Shown here: piece after piece, positions 20,854 through 29,225 of the stretch
How positions within the stretch are numbered: position 1 is the stretch's first letter
Layout: each line of letters begins with the position of its first letter
Source of the DNA: Nitrosopumilaceae archaeon
Lineage (GTDB): Archaea > Thermoproteota > Nitrososphaeria > Nitrososphaerales > Nitrosopumilaceae
Direction: 5' to 3'
Assembly (NCBI GenBank): GCA_965214835.1
Contig: CBDCCK010000002.1
Span: 1,152,001 to 1,216,000 of the forward strand
Length of the DNA: 64,000 bases
Position numbers and translations under genes: made by a program
The notes under the pieces: generated by a model
Seen by the model: only the letters and a program-made list of their open reading frames with translations
The model's database searches: none
Told to the model about the DNA's origin: nothing

Positions 20854-21930
20854 ATGGCGAGGCCAAGGATTAGCATACTTTTAGCCGGCTGGGGCGGTTT
20901 TGGAGGCACCGGAGTAATATCCAGCCTGCGAAACAACGATGAAAAAAGGCCCGTAAGAATAATCTGCACCGACATTGCAGAAAAGCCCATCCTGCGCGAG
21001 CAGTCTGACGCGTTTTACATCCTGCCCAGGGGGAACTCAAGAAGCTACATCCCCCAGCTGGTGGAGCTGTGCAAAAAAGAAAAGGTTGATGTCATCCTGC
21101 CCGGAAGCGGTCCTGAGATACTTTCCATATCAAAAAACCTGCCCCTGCTCAGGTCCCAGAACATCGGCGCTGCGCTGGACGAATACTCAAAAATCAGGCC
21201 CCTGATGGACAAAGAAAGGGCGTACTCCATCCTGTCCAGGCATGACCTCCCCGTTCCAAGGCACATCCATGTAAAGTCTGGAGACCGGCTGATCCCCGCA
21301 ATAAAGAAACTGGGGTTTCCCAGAAACACCGTCTGCTTCAAGCCCTCGCCCTACTCGAAATCCGGGGGCGGTAGGGGATTCAAGGTTCTTAGGGCGTCTA
21401 GCTCCATCCATGACGTCGTTTTCGGAGGGCCTGCCTGCAATCAAATAGACTATGACTCTGTCGTAAGGCTTTCTAGAACATCAAGGCCCCTGAACCTGAT
21501 TGTAATGGAGTACCTGCCTGGAACCGAATTTAGCGTCTATACGTACTCGGAAAACGGAGACATGATCTACTGCGTACCCAACATTCGTCAAAGACTGGAG
21601 CAAAACTACTCGTTTGAGGCCATAACGACGGCAAATCCCCGGATAGAGGGCATCTGTAAAAAAATCGTCAGGCTGTTTGATCTGAGCTACAACACCAACA
21701 TCCAGATAAGGCTGTCCAAAAACGGGGATCCGAAGATCATTGAAATCAACCCCCGGATGGGCGGAAGCATCGTCCTGCCCAAGGCCGCCGGAATCGACAT
21801 GCCGTTTTTCTCCGTAAAGCACGCCCTGGGCGAAAAGATCCCAGCGGGCAGAAAGTACTCGCAGACTAGGATGATCAGGTACTGGAACGAGCGATTCGTG
21901 TCAAAAAGCCGCTCTTTTACCTTGGACTAG
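20854..21930 (+). CDS. ATP-grasp protein (CarB-like / carboxylate-amine ligase)
   Basis: DKERAY, FKP...GGGRGF, VMEYLPGTEFSV, IIEINPRMGGS; start ATG 20854. Confidence 0.85.
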   Translation: MARPRISILLAGWGGFGGTGVISSLRNNDEKRPVRIICTDIAEKPILREQSDAFYILPRGNSRSYIPQLVELCKKEKVDVILPGSGPEILSISKNLPLLRSQNIGAALDEYSKIRPLMDKERAYSILSRHDLPVPRHIHVKSGDRLIPAIKKLGFPRNTVCFKPSPYSKSGGGRGFKVLRASSSIHDVVFGGPACNQIDYDSVVRLSRTSRPLNLIVMEYLPGTEFSVYTYSENGDMIYCVPNIRQRLEQNYSFEAITTANPRIEGICKKIVRLFDLSYNTNIQIRLSKNGDPKIIEINPRMGGSIVLPKAAGIDMPFFSVKHALGEKIPAGRKYSQTRMIRYWNERFVSKSRSFTLD

Positions 21931-22590
21931 CCTTGCTGCAACCGATTCCAGGTCTTCAAAGGTGTCTGTGATGCCCTTCAGCCCCGAGTCGTACCTGTAT
22001 GATCCCTTTATTCCGTATGTTTTCAGGCCCAGCCTTTTTCCCGCAACTATGTCTGATTTTAGGTTCCCCACGACGACCGTCTCTGTTTTTTTGCACCCTG
22101 TCTTTCTGATTGCGAGCCTGTACAGCCCCTCCTTTAACCCGGCATAGTCCGCATATCCCCCATCCCCCACGTCCTCTTCACACAGGACACGATCCACAAA
22201 CTCATGCAGCCTGCACCGCCTCAGAATCTCCTGCACGCCGCCCTCCCCCGTCCTGGCCGTAACTATGGCTATCTTCAGCGAGCCGCTGATCCTTTTGAGT
22301 GCCGAGTACGCGTCGGGCTTGGGTCTTAGAAGCACGATGTTTTTGTCATCTCTTAAAAACTCCAGCCTTGAGCTGGCGCACCTTTGCGCCAGTTCCGGGT
22401 CGTTCCTGACTGCCCTTTTGAATATGTTCCCTGCAAGCATCCCGTTTTTCCTCCACCGCATGATTTCACTAGACGCCGGGGGCCTTATCCTGTAATCCTT
22501 CAAAACACGCCTGAACGACTCTATGTCTGCAAGCTTGTTGTCCAGTATGGTATCGTCCAGATCCAGCAGTAGCAACCTGTAGCCCCCCAT
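21901..22590 (-). CDS. HAD family hydrolase/phosphatase
   Basis: LLDLDDTILD motif I, IVTAR motif II, VVGNLKSDIVAG motif IV. Confidence 0.88.
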   Translation of the reverse strand: MGGYRLLLLDLDDTILDNKLADIESFRRVLKDYRIRPPASSEIMRWRKNGMLAGNIFKRAVRNDPELAQRCASSRLEFLRDDKNIVLLRPKPDAYSALKRISGSLKIAIVTARTGEGGVQEILRRCRLHEFVDRVLCEEDVGDGGYADYAGLKEGLYRLAIRKTGCKKTETVVVGNLKSDIVAGKRLGLKTYGIKGSYRYDSGLKGITDTFEDLESVAARLVQGKRAAF

Positions 22591-22608
22591 CCGGATCCCC
22601 CGCCGCCT

Positions 22609-23004
22609 CTATTCCTTTACCTCGTCAACTGACTCTATTGAGGCAATCAGGTCTCTGACCTCCTTGATCTTTTCCCTGTCGGCTTTTCCCAACTGGATGT
22701 CGATGAGCAGCCCAAAGATCTTTGCCATGGTTGGATTCTGCCTCATGTACACGTCCTGCTCCACGCTCATCTGCGTCTTCCTGTGCCACGCCCCGATCAG
22801 GACGGCCACCGGCACGTACACTGCAAGGAAAAACAGCGTAAACAGCCACAGCTGGTCAAATATATTGTCCAGGAACTCCACCCTTTCGACCAGCAGCCTG
22901 TGGAAAATCAGGATAAAGTTTCCAAACGATAGTGCAAAAATCAGGTAAAACGCGTGACCGTTTCTAAAATCAAGCCACCTTCTCCGTCCCCACGTACTGG
23001 CCAT
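22609..23004 (-). CDS. Small two-TM hypothetical membrane protein
   Basis: Two hydrophobic segments; first gene of a minus-strand pair with the HAD gene. Confidence 0.7.
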   Translation of the reverse strand: MASTWGRRRWLDFRNGHAFYLIFALSFGNFILIFHRLLVERVEFLDNIFDQLWLFTLFFLAVYVPVAVLIGAWHRKTQMSVEQDVYMRQNPTMAKIFGLLIDIQLGKADREKIKEVRDLIASIESVDEVKE

Positions 23005-23079
23005 GAATATACATCCGCATTGCGTGATAAGAAGAAACTAGTCTAATATTTTCTACTCAGCTCCCAAAAATTTGGAATG

Positions 23080-23844
23080 CTATCCCACGTCCTCCCTTCC
23101 GGCACTCTCTAGCAGGCTCCTGTACGCCCTCAGCTGGCTTTGTGCCCTGGAGTTTATCGCGCGATTCACCTTTTCTTTGGGGGACATGGGATATTCCTGC
23201 CACCACTCTGGATGTGTCAGGATGTACAGCCTCTCGTATTTCCGCTCGTTTACCACGTCAAAAATCCTCTCGTGTCTCCAGTAGCCGTTCGAGTCCGAAC
23301 AGTATTTGTAGTTCCTCTTTAGCTGGTCGCTGTACGCATTAAACATGGAGCCGATCTTCTCCTGATCAAATCTTAGCAGGTTGTGCGCCTCGGGGTTGTG
23401 GAACGAAAACGCATTTATCTTTACCTTGAACGGCCTTTCTATCTGGTCTTTTTCAAAAAGAAGCTTTTCTTCCAACTCTTTCCTGCCCTCGATTTTTGTG
23501 AAAAACTCGCCTTCAAAATGCAGCCCGATCCTGTGTCCTAGCTTGGCTATTTTCTTGATTTTTTCAAAAATACCCCTTTCAAACAGGTTGTAAAACTCAC
23601 TGTGTATTCGTACAAAAAACGTCGAGGCGATACCGTACTCTCCTTCAATCTCTGCAATCTTCAGCGCCCTGTGAACCGAAAAGTCAACGTCGTGTCTTAG
23701 TACAATGTGCGGCTTTTTGGGAACCCTGTCACCAAGGAACGCGAACTCATAGCCCTCTTTTGCAGTCCTTAAAATCCTCCTGTAGTGCTCCTCGGTAAAG
23801 TCCTCAAAGTCCCTCCTTAGTTTTTCCGCATCGGCGCCTGTCAT
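23080..23844 (-). CDS. Polysaccharide deacetylase-like protein (CE4/WbmS-like)
   Basis: LRHDVD, STFFVR, GHRIGLH, FSFHNP, SDS, LTHPEWW; ATG overlaps the upstream stop (ATGA). Confidence 0.8.
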   Translation of the reverse strand: MTGADAEKLRRDFEDFTEEHYRRILRTAKEGYEFAFLGDRVPKKPHIVLRHDVDFSVHRALKIAEIEGEYGIASTFFVRIHSEFYNLFERGIFEKIKKIAKLGHRIGLHFEGEFFTKIEGRKELEEKLLFEKDQIERPFKVKINAFSFHNPEAHNLLRFDQEKIGSMFNAYSDQLKRNYKYCSDSNGYWRHERIFDVVNERKYERLYILTHPEWWQEYPMSPKEKVNRAINSRAQSQLRAYRSLLESAGREDVG

Positions 23845-24668
23845 GACTTGCACCCCTCGTTGAAAACCGGGGCATATGCCCCGCTGCCGGATTTTCTGAT
23901 GAATTTACGTATCTCTTTTTCATACCATGTCTTGGATTTTAAGTTGGGAAACTCGTTTTGGTACAGATCTTTGATTCCGGCAATGTCTGATTTTTTGACT
24001 TTGTTCCTGATCAGTCCCACGGAGTTAACCCTTGTAAACTGCTGGCAGTTGATCAGTGAAAACGGCAGGACATCCTTTGATATCAAGTTTCCCATACCCG
24101 GCATGGGGTACCTGCCTATCTTGCAATACCGGTGGATTTGATTGCCAAGACCAATGTTTGCAAAGCTGTCCACCTCCACATGTCCCCCCAGCATTGCTTG
24201 GTTGGCCATGATTACGCCGTCGCCGACCTCCACGTCATGGGCAAGGTGGCAGTATGCCATAATGTAGCATCTTGATCCGATCACCGTCTTTTTCTTAACA
24301 GTTGGCAGGTGTATGGTCGAGAACTCCTTGATCACGTTGCCGTCTCCTATCTCTATTGCCCCGAATCTTTTCAGAGAATCCTCGGTGCTTTTTTCTCGAA
24401 ACGAGGCGCGCTGTGGCCCCGTCCCTATGACGCAGTATGGATAGATCCGGTTTCCCCCTCCGATCCTGACCCTGCCCCTTGTTATTACCCCGTGATCAAT
24501 TATCGTATCGTTGCCGATCTGCAGCCTGCCCTCCAAAACTGTATTGTCCCATATTGTCACATTGTCCCCGATGCTGCCGCTAGCAGAGATTCTCGCATTC
24601 TCCCCGATCCTTACGACCTTTCCGATCTTTATTTTTCCCAAGTCATCTCGCCCCGTATTGTCCCTCAA
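23841..24668 (-). CDS. LpxA-like left-handed beta-helix acyltransferase
   Basis: Hexapeptide repeats, IGTGPQ, IGDGNVIKEFSTIH, YIMAYCHLAHD, LGGHVEV, KDVLPF, VNSVGLIRN. Confidence 0.8.
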   Translation of the reverse strand: MRDNTGRDDLGKIKIGKVVRIGENARISASGSIGDNVTIWDNTVLEGRLQIGNDTIIDHGVITRGRVRIGGGNRIYPYCVIGTGPQRASFREKSTEDSLKRFGAIEIGDGNVIKEFSTIHLPTVKKKTVIGSRCYIMAYCHLAHDVEVGDGVIMANQAMLGGHVEVDSFANIGLGNQIHRYCKIGRYPMPGMGNLISKDVLPFSLINCQQFTRVNSVGLIRNKVKKSDIAGIKDLYQNEFPNLKSKTWYEKEIRKFIRKSGSGAYAPVFNEGCKS

Positions 24669-25446
24669 GCTGTCTTGCCACGTTTTCAGGCTTGTGCATG
24701 TCGGGCAAACCCCTGACTACATTAAAGTCATAGTTTAGCACCCTCAGTCCCAGGGACAGCGCCTGCAGTCCTGTGGTGCTGTATGCCGGAATGGCCATCC
24801 CGCCGGCGTACTTTAGGTCGATGAGGCACTCGTAGCTTCTCAGCAGCTCCGGCATCTCCTGGTATTTTCTGGGCCTTTGATCCCTGGACTGGGCATCATA
24901 ATCCAGCGAAATTCCGTGCTTTTTTAGCAGATCTGCAATGATTTCCGGCGTCTCCGTCTGCGTCATGAGGCATAGGGCCCTTCCGTTTTGCTCTATTGTA
25001 CGTGCTGCAAACAGCTCCGTATCCACCGGATTCGGTATGTACGTAGAGTCTACAAGCTTTGTCAGATCCGGAGTGCTGACGAAAATCCCATCCGCGGATT
25101 CCTCATACCTGGCTCTTTTTTCCTGCGGTGTCTCCCTCAGGCGTGTCCCGTGATAGTGCAAGAACACGTCCTTTTGGGGGTATCTTTTCCTGATTTTTGG
25201 CACCAGCTCGTACAAGTCATGGACGTGAACGACATCATAGTCCCTTGAGATTTTTTCAGCGGTTTTGAGGAACTGCACTCCGGCAAGCGCCCTGTGCTCC
25301 TCGCCCCCGTAATGGGACAGGATTCCGAACCTGTCGAATCCCTTGCGCTTTATCACCTTTGTCTCGTGGCCAAACAGCCTTGACTGGTATCTTGCAGTGA
25401 TGCATGCCACCCCTGCCTGATCCCATACGTGTAAAATTTTTCTCAC
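24643..25446 (-). CDS. Glycosyltransferase, GT-B/GT4-like
   Basis: KILHVWDQAGV, DVVHVH, HYHGT, VSTPDL, YIPNPVDTELF, GLQALSLG. Confidence 0.75.
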   Translation of the reverse strand: MRKILHVWDQAGVACITARYQSRLFGHETKVIKRKGFDRFGILSHYGGEEHRALAGVQFLKTAEKISRDYDVVHVHDLYELVPKIRKRYPQKDVFLHYHGTRLRETPQEKRARYEESADGIFVSTPDLTKLVDSTYIPNPVDTELFAARTIEQNGRALCLMTQTETPEIIADLLKKHGISLDYDAQSRDQRPRKYQEMPELLRSYECLIDLKYAGGMAIPAYSTTGLQALSLGLRVLNYDFNVVRGLPDMHKPENVARQLEGQYGAR

Positions 25447-25520
25447 GGCGCCTCTATCAGCGTTATCCTACAACGCTTTTAACAATTGCTTCCCTGCCAG
25501 CTAAACGAAACGTGAATGGA

Positions 25521-25618
25521 ATTGCTGTTTTTGTCTTGCTACTGGGCATGTTCGAGACGCCGTGTCTCTTGACAGGTTTCTGCTCTTGCCTGATTTTTCA
25601 GCACATTTCAGCTGCCTG
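25521..25618. repeat. Dispersed intergenic repeat family H
   Basis: Reverse-complement similarity to ~37908-38015, weaker to ~2362-2445. Confidence 0.55.
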
Positions 25619-25619
25619 C

Positions 25620-25739
25620 CGGCCTTCAGAAGTTCCCCATAAAACGGCCTTCAGACCCGAAACGATTCAGAACGAGCTGCCTGCAGATCCACTTATGGTC
25701 GTGTGCACCACCACGAGCAGGCCACTTCTGGGAAGACTG
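25620..25739. mobile_element. MITE family C (left TIR degenerate)
   Basis: Ends in ACTTCTGGGAAGACTG; interior similar to 33805-33926 and the reverse complement of 20671-20785. Confidence 0.7.
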
Positions 25740-25780
25740 TACGAACAAACCGTTATTTATCTGACGGGTGGGAGCATCCC

Positions 25781-28279
25781 ATGCTTGGCCTCGGACGTAC
25801 AGCCCTTCGCACAGGGCGCATGTCCAGACACGGATCACTCCTCCTGCTTGTGGCCATACTGGTGCTTTCTGCGTATACTCACCTGTGGAACCCGGCGGGA
25901 TTTCCGCCGTGGCACGTAGATGAAGCAATCTACATAGTCCAGGCCTTGGACGCCATGGATCACAAGATACTGTCCGACATACACGACCACCCGTTTCTTG
26001 GCTGGACGGTACTAGCCGGATTCATGCATGTTACGGGATACCCTGACTCTGCAACATCGAAGGATGCGTTCTCACTCGGGATGTTTTACGAGGCCCCGCG
26101 CATCCTCATGGGGCTGCTTGCGATTCTGGACACCTTTCTGATCTACAAGATAGCCGAGAGGGGCTTTGGGCGCAGGGCAGCACCAATTGCGGCGATCCTG
26201 TTCGCGGTAATGCCCATATCGCTGACGCTCAGGCTAGTCCTGCTGGACTCGATCCTCCTCCCGTTTGTCCTCTCCTCCGTCCTGCTTGCCATGTACGCAC
26301 GCGGCCCGGATCCAAAGAATAGTTCCGTCAGGGGGTGGAAGCCACTGCCGCCGTCCCCGGACAGGATACGCCTGCTGATCCTCCTGTCGGGCATCTGCAT
26401 GGGGTGTGCTATACTGACCAAGCTCCCCTCGCTTGTAATGATCCCGCTGGGTTTCGTCCTAGTCTGGTCTGCAGGCAGGAGGCCGGGGCGTGTACTGCTG
26501 TGGCTTGTGCCCGTAATCCTTATTGCGGCAGTCTGGCCCGTGTATGCGACACTGGAGGGCGAGTTTGATCAGTGGGTGGACGGCGTCTTGTGGCAGTCAG
26601 AAAGGAACGCTCAGTCCAAACTGGACTGGCTGCAATCCATATCGATAGACCTAGTGCAGGGTCAAGATCCTGACATACTGACCCATCCTGCGATCCTGCT
26701 GTCCGTCGTGATGCGGGCGGCCGTGATAGATCCAGTCCTAGCATTGCTGAGCACGGCGGGACTCATCTTTGCGGTGACCGTGCGCAACAGGTTTCTGATA
26801 CTGTGGATCGTACCCGTCCTGCTGTTCTTCGGATCAATCGGATGGGTATCGTGGTTTCACCTGGGAATGCTGTGGACTGCAATGTGCATTGCTGCTGCCG
26901 CACTGATCAGCTATGGAATCGAAAGGGTGTCGGCGGGAAGGTGGGGCCCGAGGGGGCAGCGCACGTTGTTGCTGGTGGCCGTACTTGTAATCGCGGCGCT
27001 CGGCCTGTCCACGTCGGCAACACTCGTACACTGGGACGCGATGTCTGCATACTCTGAAGCGGTATCCTTTACGCTGCAAAACTATGCGGATTCTGACGCG
27101 CAAATAGTCATGCAGGATGTTCATAAATCGTGGCTGTCAACTGTCTCCAACCTTACCGATTCAGACACAACAGATAATTTCTTTTACCACATATACCCGG
27201 AAAAAACCAAAAAGATCGTAATGGTAGACTTTGTCAGTGCAATCGAGCCGAATCAGCACGGATTGGTGGCCCAACCAAGCCATAGCAATGTGATGGCGTC
27301 TCCCAAAATGGATCAAAACAGGCGGCATGCTGAGATACATGACAGCGGCAGCAGGGTGGCCGAGTTTGAGAATCCGCCAAGACCGGACACACTGATACCG
27401 TCGATACTCCACAGGTACGGCGACCGCAGCGTGGTGGTGACATGTGATCCGACGGACATTATTGTCTATGTATACTGCAAACTCCACAAGTTTGCCGACC
27501 GCGGCGTGGTGGTGACGGAGTGGAACCCGCCAGGGTGGGCCACCATGTCCACGTACGGCCCCACCGGCCGGGCCCTCCACCTTGACGGTACCGCATATGT
27601 AACGCTTGCCGATACGCCCGGCCTCGATCTTGACGGAACCGATCCGTTCAGCATCGCGTTCTGGATCAAAATGACCGGCACCGGAGACCCCGACTCGTCG
27701 ATCATATCAAAGGCCGAGGCGGCCCTGCAGCAGGGAGTCACCGTGTGGGGCCACCCCGGCGGCGGGATCTCGTTCCGTATGACAGACGACGCGTCGAATG
27801 AGATCGCCGTCGAGACGTTCACCGGCATGGCCGACGGCTACTGGCACCACGTCGTGTTCACCTATGACGGCTCCGGGGACAGGGTCGGACTAGACGTGTA
27901 CGTGGACGGACAGATTGACAGTCTGCGCTGGATCAGCACGTCACTGTCAGGATCCGCCACAAACGATCATCCGCTTGCGATAGGCGCCGGCAGCACCGGC
28001 AGGGGGCCTGCGCAGGATATCATGCTGGATGATATCATGATATACTCTACACTGCTGCCGCCAGGCTATGTATCAGACGTGCATGAATGCCATGTGAATG
28101 CAGCTGCCGTGTCTGCCACTAGAGATGTCGGAACAGTCGGCACACCAGCCGGTGATCATGCGTGCATGGGAGACTACAGTGATGCTCTCTTGGTACACCT
28201 TGAGTTTGAGGGAGACCTGTCGGACTCCTCGGGCAGTGGAAACGGCGGCACGGAGCATGGGGACGTCAGGTATACATAG
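25781..28279 (+). CDS. GT-C (ArnT/PMT-like) membrane glycosyltransferase fused to LamG/ConA-like domain, copy 1
   Basis: WHVDEAIY acidic loop, DHPFLGW, many TM helices, LLDS, TKLP; C-terminal ALHLDG..FSIAFWIK..WHHVVFTYDG..VYVDG..LDDIMIY; TATA-like TTATTTAT at 25753 supports ATG 25781. Confidence 0.85.
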   Translation: MLGLGRTALRTGRMSRHGSLLLLVAILVLSAYTHLWNPAGFPPWHVDEAIYIVQALDAMDHKILSDIHDHPFLGWTVLAGFMHVTGYPDSATSKDAFSLGMFYEAPRILMGLLAILDTFLIYKIAERGFGRRAAPIAAILFAVMPISLTLRLVLLDSILLPFVLSSVLLAMYARGPDPKNSSVRGWKPLPPSPDRIRLLILLSGICMGCAILTKLPSLVMIPLGFVLVWSAGRRPGRVLLWLVPVILIAAVWPVYATLEGEFDQWVDGVLWQSERNAQSKLDWLQSISIDLVQGQDPDILTHPAILLSVVMRAAVIDPVLALLSTAGLIFAVTVRNRFLILWIVPVLLFFGSIGWVSWFHLGMLWTAMCIAAAALISYGIERVSAGRWGPRGQRTLLLVAVLVIAALGLSTSATLVHWDAMSAYSEAVSFTLQNYADSDAQIVMQDVHKSWLSTVSNLTDSDTTDNFFYHIYPEKTKKIVMVDFVSAIEPNQHGLVAQPSHSNVMASPKMDQNRRHAEIHDSGSRVAEFENPPRPDTLIPSILHRYGDRSVVVTCDPTDIIVYVYCKLHKFADRGVVVTEWNPPGWATMSTYGPTGRALHLDGTAYVTLADTPGLDLDGTDPFSIAFWIKMTGTGDPDSSIISKAEAALQQGVTVWGHPGGGISFRMTDDASNEIAVETFTGMADGYWHHVVFTYDGSGDRVGLDVYVDGQIDSLRWISTSLSGSATNDHPLAIGAGSTGRGPAQDIMLDDIMIYSTLLPPGYVSDVHECHVNAAAVSATRDVGTVGTPAGDHACMGDYSDALLVHLEFEGDLSDSSGSGNGGTEHGDVRYT

Positions 28280-28345
28280 CTAGGCACAGAGCCTGCAAAA
28301 GGCCGGATCATCGCCTGCCCAAGTGCAGCAACAAGTCTGCAGATG

Positions 28346-28475
28346 GAGGTTGTCGCCTAATTCATCAAAATTCCTAAAAACCATGTGGTGTCGTCTAGAT
28401 TAGGCGTACAAAGGAAGTGGAAATTCAGAAAAGTGTGCAGATTGAGTCAGGCAGGGGGAATTAGGCGACAACCTC
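28346..28475. mobile_element. MITE family E (130 bp)
   Basis: Perfect 18-bp TIR GAGGTTGTCGCCTAATTC, 9-bp TSD CTGCAGATG; empty site present in the duplicate at ~33417-33425. Confidence 0.92.
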
Positions 28476-28496
28476 CTGCAGATGATGCCGTATCCC

Positions 28497-28585
28497 GTAA
28501 GAGTTTACCCCTCAGGCGACGCTGTAGGTCAGAGCCTTGATCACGGTATCTGTCACGCCTCATTTTCAGGTGGGCAAGCCCTTAC
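28497..28585 (-). mobile_element. IS66-derived MITE (family D)
   Basis: Begins GTAAGAGTTTACCCCTCAGGCGACGCTG, the same as the IS66 end at 49734. Confidence 0.82.
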
Positions 28586-28646
28586 GACCGGCATTGTCCA
28601 GAATTTTTCCAGGAATACACAGCGCCTTTGATTACACAAAGCATAT

Positions 28647-28739
28647 GTATGTGGTCACGTCCTCCTGCTAGCTAGGCACGAAAATCACAATCATGCATGC
28701 TAATTCGTGCCTGACTGATGGGGATAGGTGACCTCATAC
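28647..28739. mobile_element. MITE family A (93 bp)
   Basis: TIR GTATGWGGTCAC; 8-bp TSD AAGCATAT. Confidence 0.9.
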
Positions 28740-28820
28740 AAGCATATAATCATCACATATCTAGATAATTGTAATGTCCTGCACTAAAAACTACAAACCA
28801 GAGTGTCATTGGTGGCGTGC

Positions 28821-29225
28821 ATGATTGGATCAGACAGTGAAATACGGGAAAACTTCAATGTGGGATCAAATGAACGGGGAGGTGACGGTAACAACAAAGA
28901 TGACACGTCACCCTCAAAACCAGCTAGGGTCATACATGGCGTGCATGTGGTAAAATGCGCCAGTTGTAATAAGGAACACAATTTTAACATGTACTTTATG
29001 GTGTTTGACTATTCGTATCCTAGCGAATGTGTTGATAATGTATTTAATTGTGCGTTCAGTGCGCTTAGAAGGGACGGGGTAATGTCAGACAATGACCATT
29101 TTGTTATCCTGTTGAATGGCAATTTGGGCCATGGTACGCCAAATGACACGATAAAACTTTGGGTATATCATGCAGAGAGCGGTAAAAAACATAGATTTCT
29201 CGTTCCTGATTTAAAATCCGCATGA
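28821..29225 (+). CDS. Hypothetical protein, AT-rich, CxxC-H motif
   Basis: ORF 28803-29225 (ATG 28821 preferred), KCASCNKEH. Confidence 0.55.
   Translation: MIGSDSEIRENFNVGSNERGGDGNNKDDTSPSKPARVIHGVHVVKCASCNKEHNFNMYFMVFDYSYPSECVDNVFNCAFSALRRDGVMSDNDHFVILLNGNLGHGTPNDTIKLWVYHAESGKKHRFLVPDLKSA

Noticed and set aside
23841-24668. Bacterial contamination or lipid A pathway
   Set aside because: Flanked by clearly archaeal genes, and no other lpx genes are present in the window.
25703-25780. Longer N-terminus MHHHEQ... for GT-C copy 1
   Set aside because: The extension runs through a MITE-C TIR and the TATA box, and is absent from copy 2.
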